The position numbers and the translations under genes are program-made. Under the pieces are notes generated by a model. It worked only from the letters and a program-made list of their open reading frames with translations, did not search any database and was not told where the DNA came from. Of a DNA stretch of 64,000 bases, positions 39,130-48,374 are shown piece after piece (within the stretch, counting starts at the first letter, position 1; each line of letters opens with the position of its first letter). This DNA is from Rhodoluna sp. (GTDB lineage: Bacteria; Actinomycetota; Actinomycetes; Actinomycetales; Microbacteriaceae), in the NCBI GenBank assembly GCA_030831605.1, contig JAURKU010000006.1:7704-71703 (forward strand), read 5' to 3'.

Positions 39130-40557
39130 CTAACTTGACTGTAATTGGTTGCAGGAGATTAAAAACACAGCTTCTGCAACCATCGCATTCTTGAGCCCTG
39201 CCAAGTGGATGGATTCATTTGGGCTGTGAGCTCTAGAATCGCTATCCTCCACCCCGGTAACTAGAATCTGTGCATCCGGGAAAACTTCGGTCAGATCGGC
39301 AATAAACGGAATTGAGCCACCTATGCCAATCTCGACAGCAGGGTTACCAAAGGCAGCCGAAAGGCTATTCATGGCTAGTTTTGATGACCACCCTGAACTA
39401 TCCGCAAGGAATGCCTTACCGGTCTCGAATTCCCCAAATGAGATTTCAGCTCCAAAGGGTGTGTTTGCAACCAGATGTTTCTGCAGCAGTTCCAAGGCTT
39501 CATCCGGGTCCTGACCTGGCGCTACTCGCAAGCTAACTCGAGCCGAAGCGGTTGGGAGAATGGTATTAGAGGAGACTGCCACCGAAGGGTAATCAATGCC
39601 GATTACGGTCAAAGAAGACTTACCCCAGAGACGGTCCATGATGCTCCCCTCCCCGATTTGGCTAACAGCCGGCAGGAGACTACTGTCCTTGCGCAAGTTT
39701 TCTTCAGTGTAAGGAAGATCCTGAAAACTAACTGATTTGAGCCCCTCAATGGCAACATTGCCCTTCTCATCGTGCAATGACGCCAAGACTCGAACCATTG
39801 GAATCATGGCATCTGGGACTGCTCCGCCAAACATGCCTGAGTGAACAGCATGCTCCATGGTCCTGATGGTAAATATCTGGGTTACGTTTCCGCGAAGGCT
39901 AACCGTAAGCGCTGGGACATCTGGTGCCCAGTTCATCGAGTCGGCAACAATAATGACATCTGCAGCTAATTTGTCCTTGTTTTCGTCCAAGAATGCCCTA
40001 AAGGTTCTTGAGCCAGCCTCCTCTTCGCCCTCAATAAACACCGAAAGCCCTAGATCAAAATCCTCCCCCTGGCTATCTCTCAAGGCCTCTATAGCGGCTA
40101 TGTGAGCCATGATGCCAGCTTTGTCATCCGCAGCCCCACGGCCAAATATGCGCCCGTCTTTGGCCGTCGGCTCAAAAGCCGGGGTTTCCCAAAGCGCTTC
40201 ATCCCCTGGTGGCTGCACGTCGTGATGAGCGTAAAGCAGAACATGAGGCTTACCATTCTTAGCGGATCGGTGGGCTAGCACAGCCGGTGATCCTGGCTTG
40301 CCATCTACCGTGGCCGTTTTTATTTCGACAGAATCGAAAACACCGGTGTCCTCAAACAGCTTGGCTACCGCCTCAGCACTTCGGTCAAGATTTGCTGGAT
40401 CGAACGCTTCCCAAGCAATACCTGGGATTCGAACCAGCTGACCTAGAGTTGCCACTCGATTATGAAAAGTCTCATCGATCAGCCGTTTGGCCTCTTCGGT
40501 GATTTCAGGTCGCGGAGTTAGATTATTGGCGGTGTCTTGCTTCGGAGAGAATGTCAT
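39130..40557 (-). CDS. M20 family dipeptidase
   Basis: YAHHDVQP, GRGAADDK, EGEEE, HSG.FGG, AHSPNE. Confidence 0.92.
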   Translation of the reverse strand: MTFSPKQDTANNLTPRPEITEEAKRLIDETFHNRVATLGQLVRIPGIAWEAFDPANLDRSAEAVAKLFEDTGVFDSVEIKTATVDGKPGSPAVLAHRSAKNGKPHVLLYAHHDVQPPGDEALWETPAFEPTAKDGRIFGRGAADDKAGIMAHIAAIEALRDSQGEDFDLGLSVFIEGEEEAGSRTFRAFLDENKDKLAADVIIVADSMNWAPDVPALTVSLRGNVTQIFTIRTMEHAVHSGMFGGAVPDAMIPMVRVLASLHDEKGNVAIEGLKSVSFQDLPYTEENLRKDSSLLPAVSQIGEGSIMDRLWGKSSLTVIGIDYPSVAVSSNTILPTASARVSLRVAPGQDPDEALELLQKHLVANTPFGAEISFGEFETGKAFLADSSGWSSKLAMNSLSAAFGNPAVEIGIGGSIPFIADLTEVFPDAQILVTGVEDSDSRAHSPNESIHLAGLKNAMVAEAVFLISCNQLQSS

Positions 40558-40599
40558 GAGAGTAATCTAATTCAGGCAACCTCTATTTTTAGGATTTTG

Positions 40600-41154
40600 A
40601 TGAGCGACTCGAAAAAAGATTCAGTTTCTAAGCCCGTTGGCAAGGGTCGACCGACCCCTACTCGTAAAGAGCGTGAAAAGGCTAATGTCAGGCCACTGGT
40701 CGGCAAAAAGAGCAAAGAGGCAATAGCCGAGGCTAGAGCAAAGCAAGCCGAGGCCAGGAAAAAGGCAAGGGCAGCAATGCTCTCAGGCGATGAAAAATAC
40801 TTACTTGGCCGCGACCGCGGACCGCAGCGCAGGATTGCTCGGGATGTCTTGGATAATCGTGTAACCTTCATCGAAGGCCTGTTGCCTCTGATGATCGTGT
40901 TCATGCTTTTTACCGTGGTAAATGACATTACGGTTCAGAATGTAATCACCATCGTGATGATTACCGCTTTAGTTATTTCAGGAATCGAAACCGCGCTATT
41001 GAACCGCATCGTCAAAAAGCGGATTTTAGAAACAATAGGCACTGGTACCAAAATCCAGCGTGGGAATTGGTTCTACCTCTTCACCCGTGGAATGCAACCT
41101 AGACCACTTCGAATTCCAAAGCCCGCACCAAGAAGGCAAAAGAAAAAGAAGTAG
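40600..41154 (+). CDS. DUF3043-like membrane protein
   Basis: GKGRPTPTR and RDRGPQR motifs, two TMs; divergent from the dipeptidase; likely start ATG 40600. Confidence 0.85.
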   Translation: MSDSKKDSVSKPVGKGRPTPTRKEREKANVRPLVGKKSKEAIAEARAKQAEARKKARAAMLSGDEKYLLGRDRGPQRRIARDVLDNRVTFIEGLLPLMIVFMLFTVVNDITVQNVITIVMITALVISGIETALLNRIVKKRILETIGTGTKIQRGNWFYLFTRGMQPRPLRIPKPAPRRQKKKK

Positions 41155-41212
41155 CTTTTCATGACCCAAAAGGTCAAAAACTAAGAACCACAAGTTCACA
41201 AAGGAGTTAACT

Positions 41213-42601
41213 GTGGCGGATAAGTCCGATCTACAGCTGTCTGAGTTAGTGCAGCAGGTTGTCGCTGCAATCGAAACTGACAAGGCAAGCTACGGTGAGT
41301 TTCAGACTCACCCGAGTGTCAAAAGTGATCAAAGCAGGGTCTCGGAGGTCCTGAAGGAGCTAACCGACCGGCTAGAAAATAACTTTCCATACTTTCATCC
41401 AAACTATGCAGCTCAAATGCTCAAATCTCCACATCCAGTTGCCATAGCTGCATATTTAGCGACGATGATTATCAACCCAAACAATCATTCAATTGACGCA
41501 TCCCCTGCCACTACTCAAATGGAACGCGAAGTTCTTCGACAAATGGCTGCCATGTTTGAATACCCCGAGGAATTTCTTGGACATCTAACCTGGAGCGGAA
41601 CTACGGCAAATCTTGAGGCGCTCTGGATTGCTAGAGAATTACAGCCAAACAAAAAGATTGCCCACTCCTCCGATGCCCACTACACCCACTCAAGAATGTC
41701 CGAGGTTCTCGGAACCACGAATGTCTCGATTCCAACTGAGGCTGATGGGCGGATGTCACTTCAAGGATTAGAGGACGAACTAAAAAAAGGCGAAATCGGA
41801 ACTATTGTTGCCACGATGGGCACCACCGGGCTAGGTGCTGTCGATCCGCTTGCTGACATAATCGTTCTTGCTCAAAAGTATGGAGCACGAGTTCATGTCG
41901 ATACGGCTTACGGTGGTTTTTTCAAACTTATCGCCGAGAACCACCTCGCTCCCGAAACAGCAAGGCATTTCGCCGCACTCAAAGAAGCCGATTCGATAGT
42001 GGTTGATCCACATAAGCATGGGCTGCAGCCTTATGGAAGCGGCGCGGTTTTCTTCAAGGACATCTCCATCGGAAAGTTTTACAAACACGACTCCCCATAC
42101 ACATACTTCATCTCCGACGATTTGCACTTCGGCGAGATTCAACTCGAGTGTTCAAGAGCAGGCGCATCGGCCGCTGCCATCTGGGCCACGTTGCAGATTT
42201 TCCCGCTAACCGAACAGGGCCTTGGATCAGTTCTAATTCCAACGCGAACTGCTGCTACTAACTGGTACGAATTACTTCAGCAATCTGAATCACTACAGCC
42301 TTACCAAAAGCCAGAGCTAGATATTCTCACTTACCTGCCTCGGGTGCAAAGCATGTCGAAATTAGATCATGTTTCCCACGAGCTATTAGTTCAACTAGGT
42401 CAAGGTCCTCGTGAGGGTCAAATCCACCTGGCAACATATGTGGTCAAACCTAATCAATTGAGCCAACGCGATTTCCAGATGGCCGAGGATGCTAAAACCG
42501 CCAGAATCCTCCGCAGTGTTCTGATGAAGCCGGAACACGAGACATGGGTGCCTCACCTGAACCAACGCATCGAGGATTTGGCTAGCAAACTTATTGGCTA
42601 G
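41213..42601 (+). CDS. Group II PLP-dependent amino-acid decarboxylase, substrate unknown
   Basis: SGTTANLEAL, AHYTH, GTTGLGAVD, HVDTAYGG, DPHK (PLP lysine); AAAGGAG SD. Confidence 0.88.
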   Translation: MADKSDLQLSELVQQVVAAIETDKASYGEFQTHPSVKSDQSRVSEVLKELTDRLENNFPYFHPNYAAQMLKSPHPVAIAAYLATMIINPNNHSIDASPATTQMEREVLRQMAAMFEYPEEFLGHLTWSGTTANLEALWIARELQPNKKIAHSSDAHYTHSRMSEVLGTTNVSIPTEADGRMSLQGLEDELKKGEIGTIVATMGTTGLGAVDPLADIIVLAQKYGARVHVDTAYGGFFKLIAENHLAPETARHFAALKEADSIVVDPHKHGLQPYGSGAVFFKDISIGKFYKHDSPYTYFISDDLHFGEIQLECSRAGASAAAIWATLQIFPLTEQGLGSVLIPTRTAATNWYELLQQSESLQPYQKPELDILTYLPRVQSMSKLDHVSHELLVQLGQGPREGQIHLATYVVKPNQLSQRDFQMAEDAKTARILRSVLMKPEHETWVPHLNQRIEDLASKLIG

Positions 42602-42629
42602 CATCTAAGTACTAAGTAAAGGAGTTCCA

Positions 42630-43631
42630 ATGAAATATCGTTACCTGGGCAATAGCGGATTTAAAGTAACCGAGTTGGTTTATGGAAACTGGCTGACTCA
42701 CGCAACTCAGATTGAGAACGAAAGGGCAATCGCGACCGTGCACGCGGCACTAGACGGCGGAATTACCTCCTTTGACACCGCAGACGTTTATGCAAATCAA
42801 GCCGCTGAATCAGTTTTAGGCGACGCACTGAAAGGCCAGCGCCGTGAAGGCATAGAAGTCTTTACTAAGGTGTACTGGCCGGTAGCCGAGCGCATGCCCA
42901 ATGACACTGGGCTTTCCAGAAAACACATTATGGAATCAATTAACGGGTCATTGAAGCGATTGCAGATGGACTACGTCGATTTGTACCAAGCCCACCGGTT
43001 TGATGTTGAAACCCCACTTGAAGAAACAATGCAGGCGTTCGCCGATATCGTTCGCCAAGGTAAGGCGTTATACATCGGTGTTTCGGAGTGGAATGCCGAG
43101 CAGATTAGAGCTGGCGTAAAGTTGGCCAAGGAGTTGGGTTTCCAACTAATCTCAAGCCAACCTCAGTACTCAATGATCTGGCGAGTAATCGAGGAAGAGG
43201 TTATCCCGACCTGTGAAGAGCTAGGAGTAAGCCAGATTGTTTGGTCACCAATGGCCCAGGGAGTATTGACTGGGAAATATCTTCCCGGCCAACCAGTTCC
43301 GGCTGGATCTCGCGCAGCAGATGAAAAAGTAAATGGCTTCATCCAGAAATGGCTAACCGATGAGGTACTAACTCGTGTTCAACAGCTCAAACCTTTAGCC
43401 GACGAGTTAGGTATCACTATGGCCCAATTCGCACTGGCTTGGGTTTTGCAAAACAAAAACGTCAGTAGCGCAATTGTTGGAGCAACTTCACCCGAACAAA
43501 TCACTAGCAACATCGGTGCAGTTGGTATAGAAATTCCTAAAGAGATAATGATAAAAGTGACAGAGATTCTTGGTCCGGTTATCGTAAGTGACCCTAAGGA
43601 AACACGAGCTCCCGAAACTCGGTTAGTTTAG
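42630..43631 (+). CDS. Aldo/keto reductase (Kv-beta/Tas-like)
   Basis: FDTADVY, TK, GLSRKHI, DLYQAH, IGVSEW, WSPMAQG. Confidence 0.92.
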   Translation: MKYRYLGNSGFKVTELVYGNWLTHATQIENERAIATVHAALDGGITSFDTADVYANQAAESVLGDALKGQRREGIEVFTKVYWPVAERMPNDTGLSRKHIMESINGSLKRLQMDYVDLYQAHRFDVETPLEETMQAFADIVRQGKALYIGVSEWNAEQIRAGVKLAKELGFQLISSQPQYSMIWRVIEEEVIPTCEELGVSQIVWSPMAQGVLTGKYLPGQPVPAGSRAADEKVNGFIQKWLTDEVLTRVQQLKPLADELGITMAQFALAWVLQNKNVSSAIVGATSPEQITSNIGAVGIEIPKEIMIKVTEILGPVIVSDPKETRAPETRLV

Positions 43632-44621
43632 CTTTCGCGCCCAGAGCGGGCCGAAATAGACAAAACCGGTGTAACCCTGAACTAGGTCTGCCCCAGCTTT
43701 GAGTCTTTGATCAACCTGTTGTCTGTTTTCTATACCGCCAACAGAGATGACTGTGAGACTGGCACCAAAGTTTTTCCTAATCAAGCGAAGTACCTCTAGT
43801 GAACGATCATTCAGTGGGGCTCCAGAAAGACCGCCTGAACACATGGCAGTCACTCTCTCTTGATCTGTGACTAAGCCTGCTCTTTGGATCGTTGTGTTTG
43901 TAGCAATTACGCCAGCAAGTTTTAGACTCACGGCAAGCTTGCAAACTTCTAAAATGTCTTCGTCAAGTAAATCTGGTGCAATTTTAACCAAAACCGGCTT
44001 ACCCTTGGTTTCGGTTAGCACGGCTTCAAGTATCGGTTTAAGTGCTTTGGTCTCCTGAAGTGCTCTAAGACCTGGAGTATTCGGTGAGGAAACATTCACG
44101 GCGATATAATCAGCGTAAGGGGCCAATAAGCGGGCGCTGGTCCGATAGTCCTGAACAGCATCTTCTAACTCGACGACTTTACTTTTTCCGATGTTTACGC
44201 CGAGAACCGGGAGAACCGCACCAGAGTTTCGAAGGTTCCTAAGTCTTGCCGCAACAACCTCAGCGCCATCGTTGTTAAATCCCATTCGGTTAATAAGCGC
44301 TCGGTCAGCTTTTAATCTAAACAAGCGAGGCTTTGGATTTCCTGGCTGAGCGATTGCCGTTACTGTTCCAATTTCAACGTGTGAAAAACCCAACTCCCCC
44401 AGCGCTCTAACGGCAATTGCATTCTTATCAAATCCAGCGGCCAAACCAAAAGGGCCATCAAAGCTAAGCCCCATGACCTCAACTGTCTTACTTCTTAACT
44501 TAGGAAGCAGTTTAGTTAGCTTGAGGCTAGAGGCTAGACGAATCGCAAACATCCCAAGGTGATGGGCAAACTCAGGATCAAGTCGGCTTAGAACTAGTCG
44601 AAAAATGATGGGATAGATCAC
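43623..44621 (-). CDS. pyrD: Quinone-dependent dihydroorotate dehydrogenase
   Basis: GLAAGFDK, NRMGFNN, NVSSPNTPGLR, KIAPD, GGLSG. Confidence 0.96.
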   Translation of the reverse strand: MIYPIIFRLVLSRLDPEFAHHLGMFAIRLASSLKLTKLLPKLRSKTVEVMGLSFDGPFGLAAGFDKNAIAVRALGELGFSHVEIGTVTAIAQPGNPKPRLFRLKADRALINRMGFNNDGAEVVAARLRNLRNSGAVLPVLGVNIGKSKVVELEDAVQDYRTSARLLAPYADYIAVNVSSPNTPGLRALQETKALKPILEAVLTETKGKPVLVKIAPDLLDEDILEVCKLAVSLKLAGVIATNTTIQRAGLVTDQERVTAMCSGGLSGAPLNDRSLEVLRLIRKNFGASLTVISVGGIENRQQVDQRLKAGADLVQGYTGFVYFGPLWARKLN

Positions 44622-44643
44622 GAAACTAGGTTACCTTCACTTT

Positions 44644-44677
44644 AAGAAAAGGGTCGGCCTCTACTCGAAGCCGACCC
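44644..44677 (-). terminator. Intrinsic terminator of nrdRJ
   Basis: GGGTCGGC / GCCGACCC stem followed by TTTTCTT on the minus strand. Confidence 0.8.
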
Positions 44678-44694
44678 AAGTTCTTTGGTTTGAT

Positions 44695-47532
44695 TTAGCT
44701 ACAACCGCTGGTTGATCCACAGCCTTCACAGACGTGACATGAACCAGATGGTCGCATCTTGATTCCACAGTTGAAGCAAAGTGGAGCATCTGACTCGGTT
44801 CCCTGCAGCATCTCAAATAGCTCTGCTGATGAGTGAACCTGGCGCTGTTCAACTTTGACTTCTTCAACCTGCAGTTCAATCACGGCAGGCTTCTCGATAA
44901 CTACTGGCTCAACTACCTCAGCTGCACTTGCAACCGGAGCGCTCTGGGTGTAGTTACCCGAAGCATCTAGGGCAGCAGCTCGTTCTGAAGCGGTGTTGAT
45001 ACCTAATGCCTGACGAGTTTCAACCGGTAGGTAGTCAATTGCTAGGCGACGGAAGATGTAGTCCATCAGCGACTTAGCCATCCGAATGTCCTGGTCGTCA
45101 GTTAGACCAGCTGGTTCGAAGGACACGTTGGTGAACTTCTGTACGTAGGTCTCTAGCGGAACTCCGTACTGAAGGCCAATCGATACCGCGATAGAGAAGG
45201 CATCCATAACTCCGGCAAGAGTTGAACCCTGCTTGCCAAGTTTTAGGAATACTTCACCGAGGACACCGTCTGGGTAAGTACCAGCAGTCATGTAGCCCTC
45301 GGCTCCACCAACGGTGAACGATGTGGTTGATGACGGACGTGACTTCGGTAGACGCTTACGAACTGGGTGAGATAGGTCAGAGGATGCTGCTGGAGCCGGC
45401 TTTGACTCAGTCTTGGCCTTCGCATCGCTCAACGGTTGTCCGACCTTGCAGTTGTCACGGTAGATGGCTAGGGCCTTTAGACCCATCTTCCAGCCTTGGA
45501 AATAGATTTCCTTAACTTCATCTACGGTTGCAGTCTCTGGCATGTTCACAGTCTTGGAGATTGCTCCAGAAAGGAACGGCTGGACTGCCGCCATCATGCG
45601 AACGTGACCCATAGGCTCAATTGCACGAATACCGACAGCTGTGTCGAAGATCGCGTAGTGCTCTGGCTTTAGTCCAGGAGCGTCTACCACGTGGCCGTTG
45701 GTGCCGATGTAGTCGACGATTGCTTCGATGGTCTCTTGAGAGTAACCAAGGCGGTGTAGCGCGAATGGAATGGTCTGGTTCACAATCTGCATCGAGCCAC
45801 CGGTCGAGAGCTTCTTGTACTTCACCAATGAGAAATCAGGCTCGATACCTGTGGTGTCACAGTCCATCATGAATCCGATAGTTCCGGTAGGGGCAAGTAG
45901 GCTCGCCTGAGCGTTTCTCCAGCCGTTGCGAGAACCAATTTCAGTGTTCAATGCCCACTGTCTGGTGGCTGCATCTAGAACGGCACGGTCTACTTCAGTT
46001 ACGGCGCGCAAAGTTGCGTTTGCAGCTTCGTGCTTGCGCATGATTCTGTCGTGACCGGTTTTGTTCTGTGGGTAGCCCTCGTAGGTTCCAACTACGCCAG
46101 CAAGTTCTGCTGAACGACGGTATGAAGCAGCACTCATCAAGGAAGTAATCGCTGCCGCAAGCGCCTGACCTTCGGTTGAGTCATATGGAAGGCCGATTGC
46201 CATCAACAAAGCGCCTAGGTTTGCGTAACCAATTCCAAGCTGACGGAAGGCGCGAGTGGTCTCGCCAATCTTCTCAGTTGGGAAATCAGCGAAGCAGATC
46301 GAGATGTCCATTGCGGTAATAATTAGCTCTGATGCTTTAGTGAATCTTTCTGCATCGAATGAACCGTCTGGGTTAAGGAACTTAAGAAGGTTCAAGCTGG
46401 CTAGGTTACATGAGGAGTTGTCTAGGTGCATGTACTCAGAACATGGGTTCGAAGCAGTAATGCGACCTGACTCTGGTGTGGTGTGCCAGTCGTTGATGAT
46501 GTCGTCGTACTGGATACCTGGGTCAGCACAAGCCCATGCAGCTTGAGCGATCTTGTCCCAAAGTTCTAGGGCTTCAACTTCTTCGATAACTTCACCGTTG
46601 GTGCGGGCACGTAGACCAAACTTGGTTCCGTGCTCAACTGCGCGCATGAACTCTTCGTTGACACGAACAGAGTTGTTGGCGTTCTGGTATTTAACTGAAT
46701 TGATGTCTTTACCACCGAGATCCATATCGTATCCAGCGTCGCGGAGAACGCGAATCTTGTCCTCTTCGCGGGCCTTGGTGTCAACGAACTCTTCGATGTC
46801 TGGGTGATCAACATCAAGCACAACCATCTTGGCTGCACGACGTGTTGCTCCACCTGACTTGATAGTTCCAGCTGAGGCGTCAGCACCACGCATGAATGAA
46901 ACTGGACCTGATGCAGAACCACCGGAAGAACGCAGTAGTTCCTTTGACGAACGGATTCTGGACAGGTTCAATCCGGCGCCAGAGCCGCCCTTGAAAATCA
47001 TTCCCTCTTCGCGGTACCAGTTCAAGATTGATTCCATCGAGTCATCCACCGACAAAATAAAGCAAGCAGAAACTTGCTGAGGACTCGAGGTACCAACGTT
47101 AAACCAAACTGGTGAGTTGAATGAGAAGACTTGGTTTAGCAACATGAAGGTTAGTTCGTGCTCAAAAACTGTTGCGTCCTCTTCGCTAGCGAAGTAACCG
47201 TGATCACGACCACCCTTGGTGTATGTCAGTACCACGCGGTCAATGAGTTGACGCAAGCTAAATTCGCGAGCAGGTGTGCCAAGCGCACCACGGAAATACT
47301 TCGTGGTAACGATGGTAGATGCGTTTAGGCTCCAGAACTCTGGAAACTCAACTCCGCGTTGCTCGAAAATGGTCTCACCGGTTTTCCAGTTGGTCTGGAC
47401 TACATCACGGTGCTCCCATGTCACTTGATCGTAAGGGTGTACTCCCTCGGTTGTGTAGATGCGCTCAATCTTGAGACCCTTACGTCCCTGACTAGCCGCA
47501 CCGGCGTCGGTGTATGCCGATGTGTCGGTCAT
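44695..47532 (-). CDS. nrdJ: Class II (adenosylcobalamin-dependent) ribonucleotide reductase
   Basis: FNSPVWFNVG, SACF, GGATRRAAKM, NPCSEY, APTGTI, ISKTVN, YRDNCK; C-terminal TSCPD-like region and Cys-rich tail; no intein seen. Confidence 0.95.
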   Translation of the reverse strand: MTDTSAYTDAGAASQGRKGLKIERIYTTEGVHPYDQVTWEHRDVVQTNWKTGETIFEQRGVEFPEFWSLNASTIVTTKYFRGALGTPAREFSLRQLIDRVVLTYTKGGRDHGYFASEEDATVFEHELTFMLLNQVFSFNSPVWFNVGTSSPQQVSACFILSVDDSMESILNWYREEGMIFKGGSGAGLNLSRIRSSKELLRSSGGSASGPVSFMRGADASAGTIKSGGATRRAAKMVVLDVDHPDIEEFVDTKAREEDKIRVLRDAGYDMDLGGKDINSVKYQNANNSVRVNEEFMRAVEHGTKFGLRARTNGEVIEEVEALELWDKIAQAAWACADPGIQYDDIINDWHTTPESGRITASNPCSEYMHLDNSSCNLASLNLLKFLNPDGSFDAERFTKASELIITAMDISICFADFPTEKIGETTRAFRQLGIGYANLGALLMAIGLPYDSTEGQALAAAITSLMSAASYRRSAELAGVVGTYEGYPQNKTGHDRIMRKHEAANATLRAVTEVDRAVLDAATRQWALNTEIGSRNGWRNAQASLLAPTGTIGFMMDCDTTGIEPDFSLVKYKKLSTGGSMQIVNQTIPFALHRLGYSQETIEAIVDYIGTNGHVVDAPGLKPEHYAIFDTAVGIRAIEPMGHVRMMAAVQPFLSGAISKTVNMPETATVDEVKEIYFQGWKMGLKALAIYRDNCKVGQPLSDAKAKTESKPAPAASSDLSHPVRKRLPKSRPSSTTSFTVGGAEGYMTAGTYPDGVLGEVFLKLGKQGSTLAGVMDAFSIAVSIGLQYGVPLETYVQKFTNVSFEPAGLTDDQDIRMAKSLMDYIFRRLAIDYLPVETRQALGINTASERAAALDASGNYTQSAPVASAAEVVEPVVIEKPAVIELQVEEVKVEQRQVHSSAELFEMLQGTESDAPLCFNCGIKMRPSGSCHVCEGCGSTSGCS

Positions 47533-47589
47533 TTGTTGCCTTTCTTTTCTTATCCTCTGGTTTTTATTTTGATTTTTATCGCAATCGAA

Positions 47590-48060
47590 TTAATTCGACG
47601 GCGAAGTTTGGTTTTCTCGTTCTAACTTCAAAAGCGAAATTGCTGCTTCGAAGTCTTCCAGCGTTTCCCATTCCTGGTAGACGCTGGCAAATCTCATGAA
47701 AGCCACTTCATCTAGCTTTCTAAGCGGCTCAAGAATTGCTAATCCAACTTCTTTAGCTTCAACTTGAGCAACTCCGGTTGCTCGAATAGTTTCCTCAACT
47801 GTTTGAGCGAGCATTGCCAGGTCAGACTCGGTAACCGGTCTTCCTTGGCAAGCCTTCCTGACGCCGTTGACAATCTTTTCTCGGCTGAAAGGCTCTGTTG
47901 TTCCGCCTCTTTTTACTACTGCAATACTCGCGGTTTCACTTGTTGAGAACCTAGAGCCGCATTCAGGGCATTCCCTTCTGCGTCGAATCGAAGATCCGTC
48001 TTCAGTAGCTCTTGAGTCGATGACCCTGGAGTCTGCATGGCGACAGAACGGGCAGTGCAT
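47590..48060 (-). CDS. nrdR: Transcriptional repressor NrdR
   Basis: [18 protein letters not shown]-cone, RFASVY. Confidence 0.97.
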   Translation of the reverse strand: MHCPFCRHADSRVIDSRATEDGSSIRRRRECPECGSRFSTSETASIAVVKRGGTTEPFSREKIVNGVRKACQGRPVTESDLAMLAQTVEETIRATGVAQVEAKEVGLAILEPLRKLDEVAFMRFASVYQEWETLEDFEAAISLLKLERENQTSPSN

Positions 48061-48122
48061 GCTTTCTCCTTGAATTTTGGGCGTTTTCAGCCGTTTTTGG
48101 GGTCATAGGAACTCAACTATAC

Positions 48123-48169
48123 ACACAAGATGTGGGGATATTTAAGTTTTCCGTCCCTATATCTTGTGG
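48123..48169. promoter_or_regulatory. Tandem NrdR boxes
   Basis: ACACAAGATGTGGGGA (48123-48138) and TCCCTATATCTTGTGG (48154-48169), 31 bp apart, upstream of nrdR-nrdJ; they fit acaCwAtATaTwGtgt. Confidence 0.82.
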
Positions 48170-48374
48170 TTTAAACCCTTTGTTACAAAATTTCAGGTTT
48201 TGTCGGCGTGTTGCTTGATCTAGAGCCGAAGTAGCCCCAAAAACCTTAACCTTCAACAAAAGATTTAACCTTTCTGTTACATATTTTTTCTCAGAAATCA
48301 ATAAATTAGCCTGCTCCTCCGACATGGCAAGGCTGGCCCTGGGTTAGCCTTACTTGGATAGAGAAAAGGTCATC

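Noticed and set aside
45321-47080. Several antisense or alternate-frame ORFs over nrdJ, and similar ones over sufC, lnt, ctaD, lspA and ftsW
   Set aside because: They are shadow ORFs of real genes, with no motifs, SD or promoter.
47533-48122. Cobalamin riboswitch near nrdJ
   Set aside because: No B12-box-like sequence was seen and the gaps are too short; NrdR boxes explain the regulation.
48201-48222. TGTCGG as a possible second PafBC promoter
   Set aside because: The hexamer 10 nt downstream is GATCTA, not TANNNT.
48113-48325. 70-aa ORF in the nrdR-flavin reductase gap
   Set aside because: It runs over the NrdR boxes and AT-rich promoter DNA, has no SD and resembles no family I recognise.
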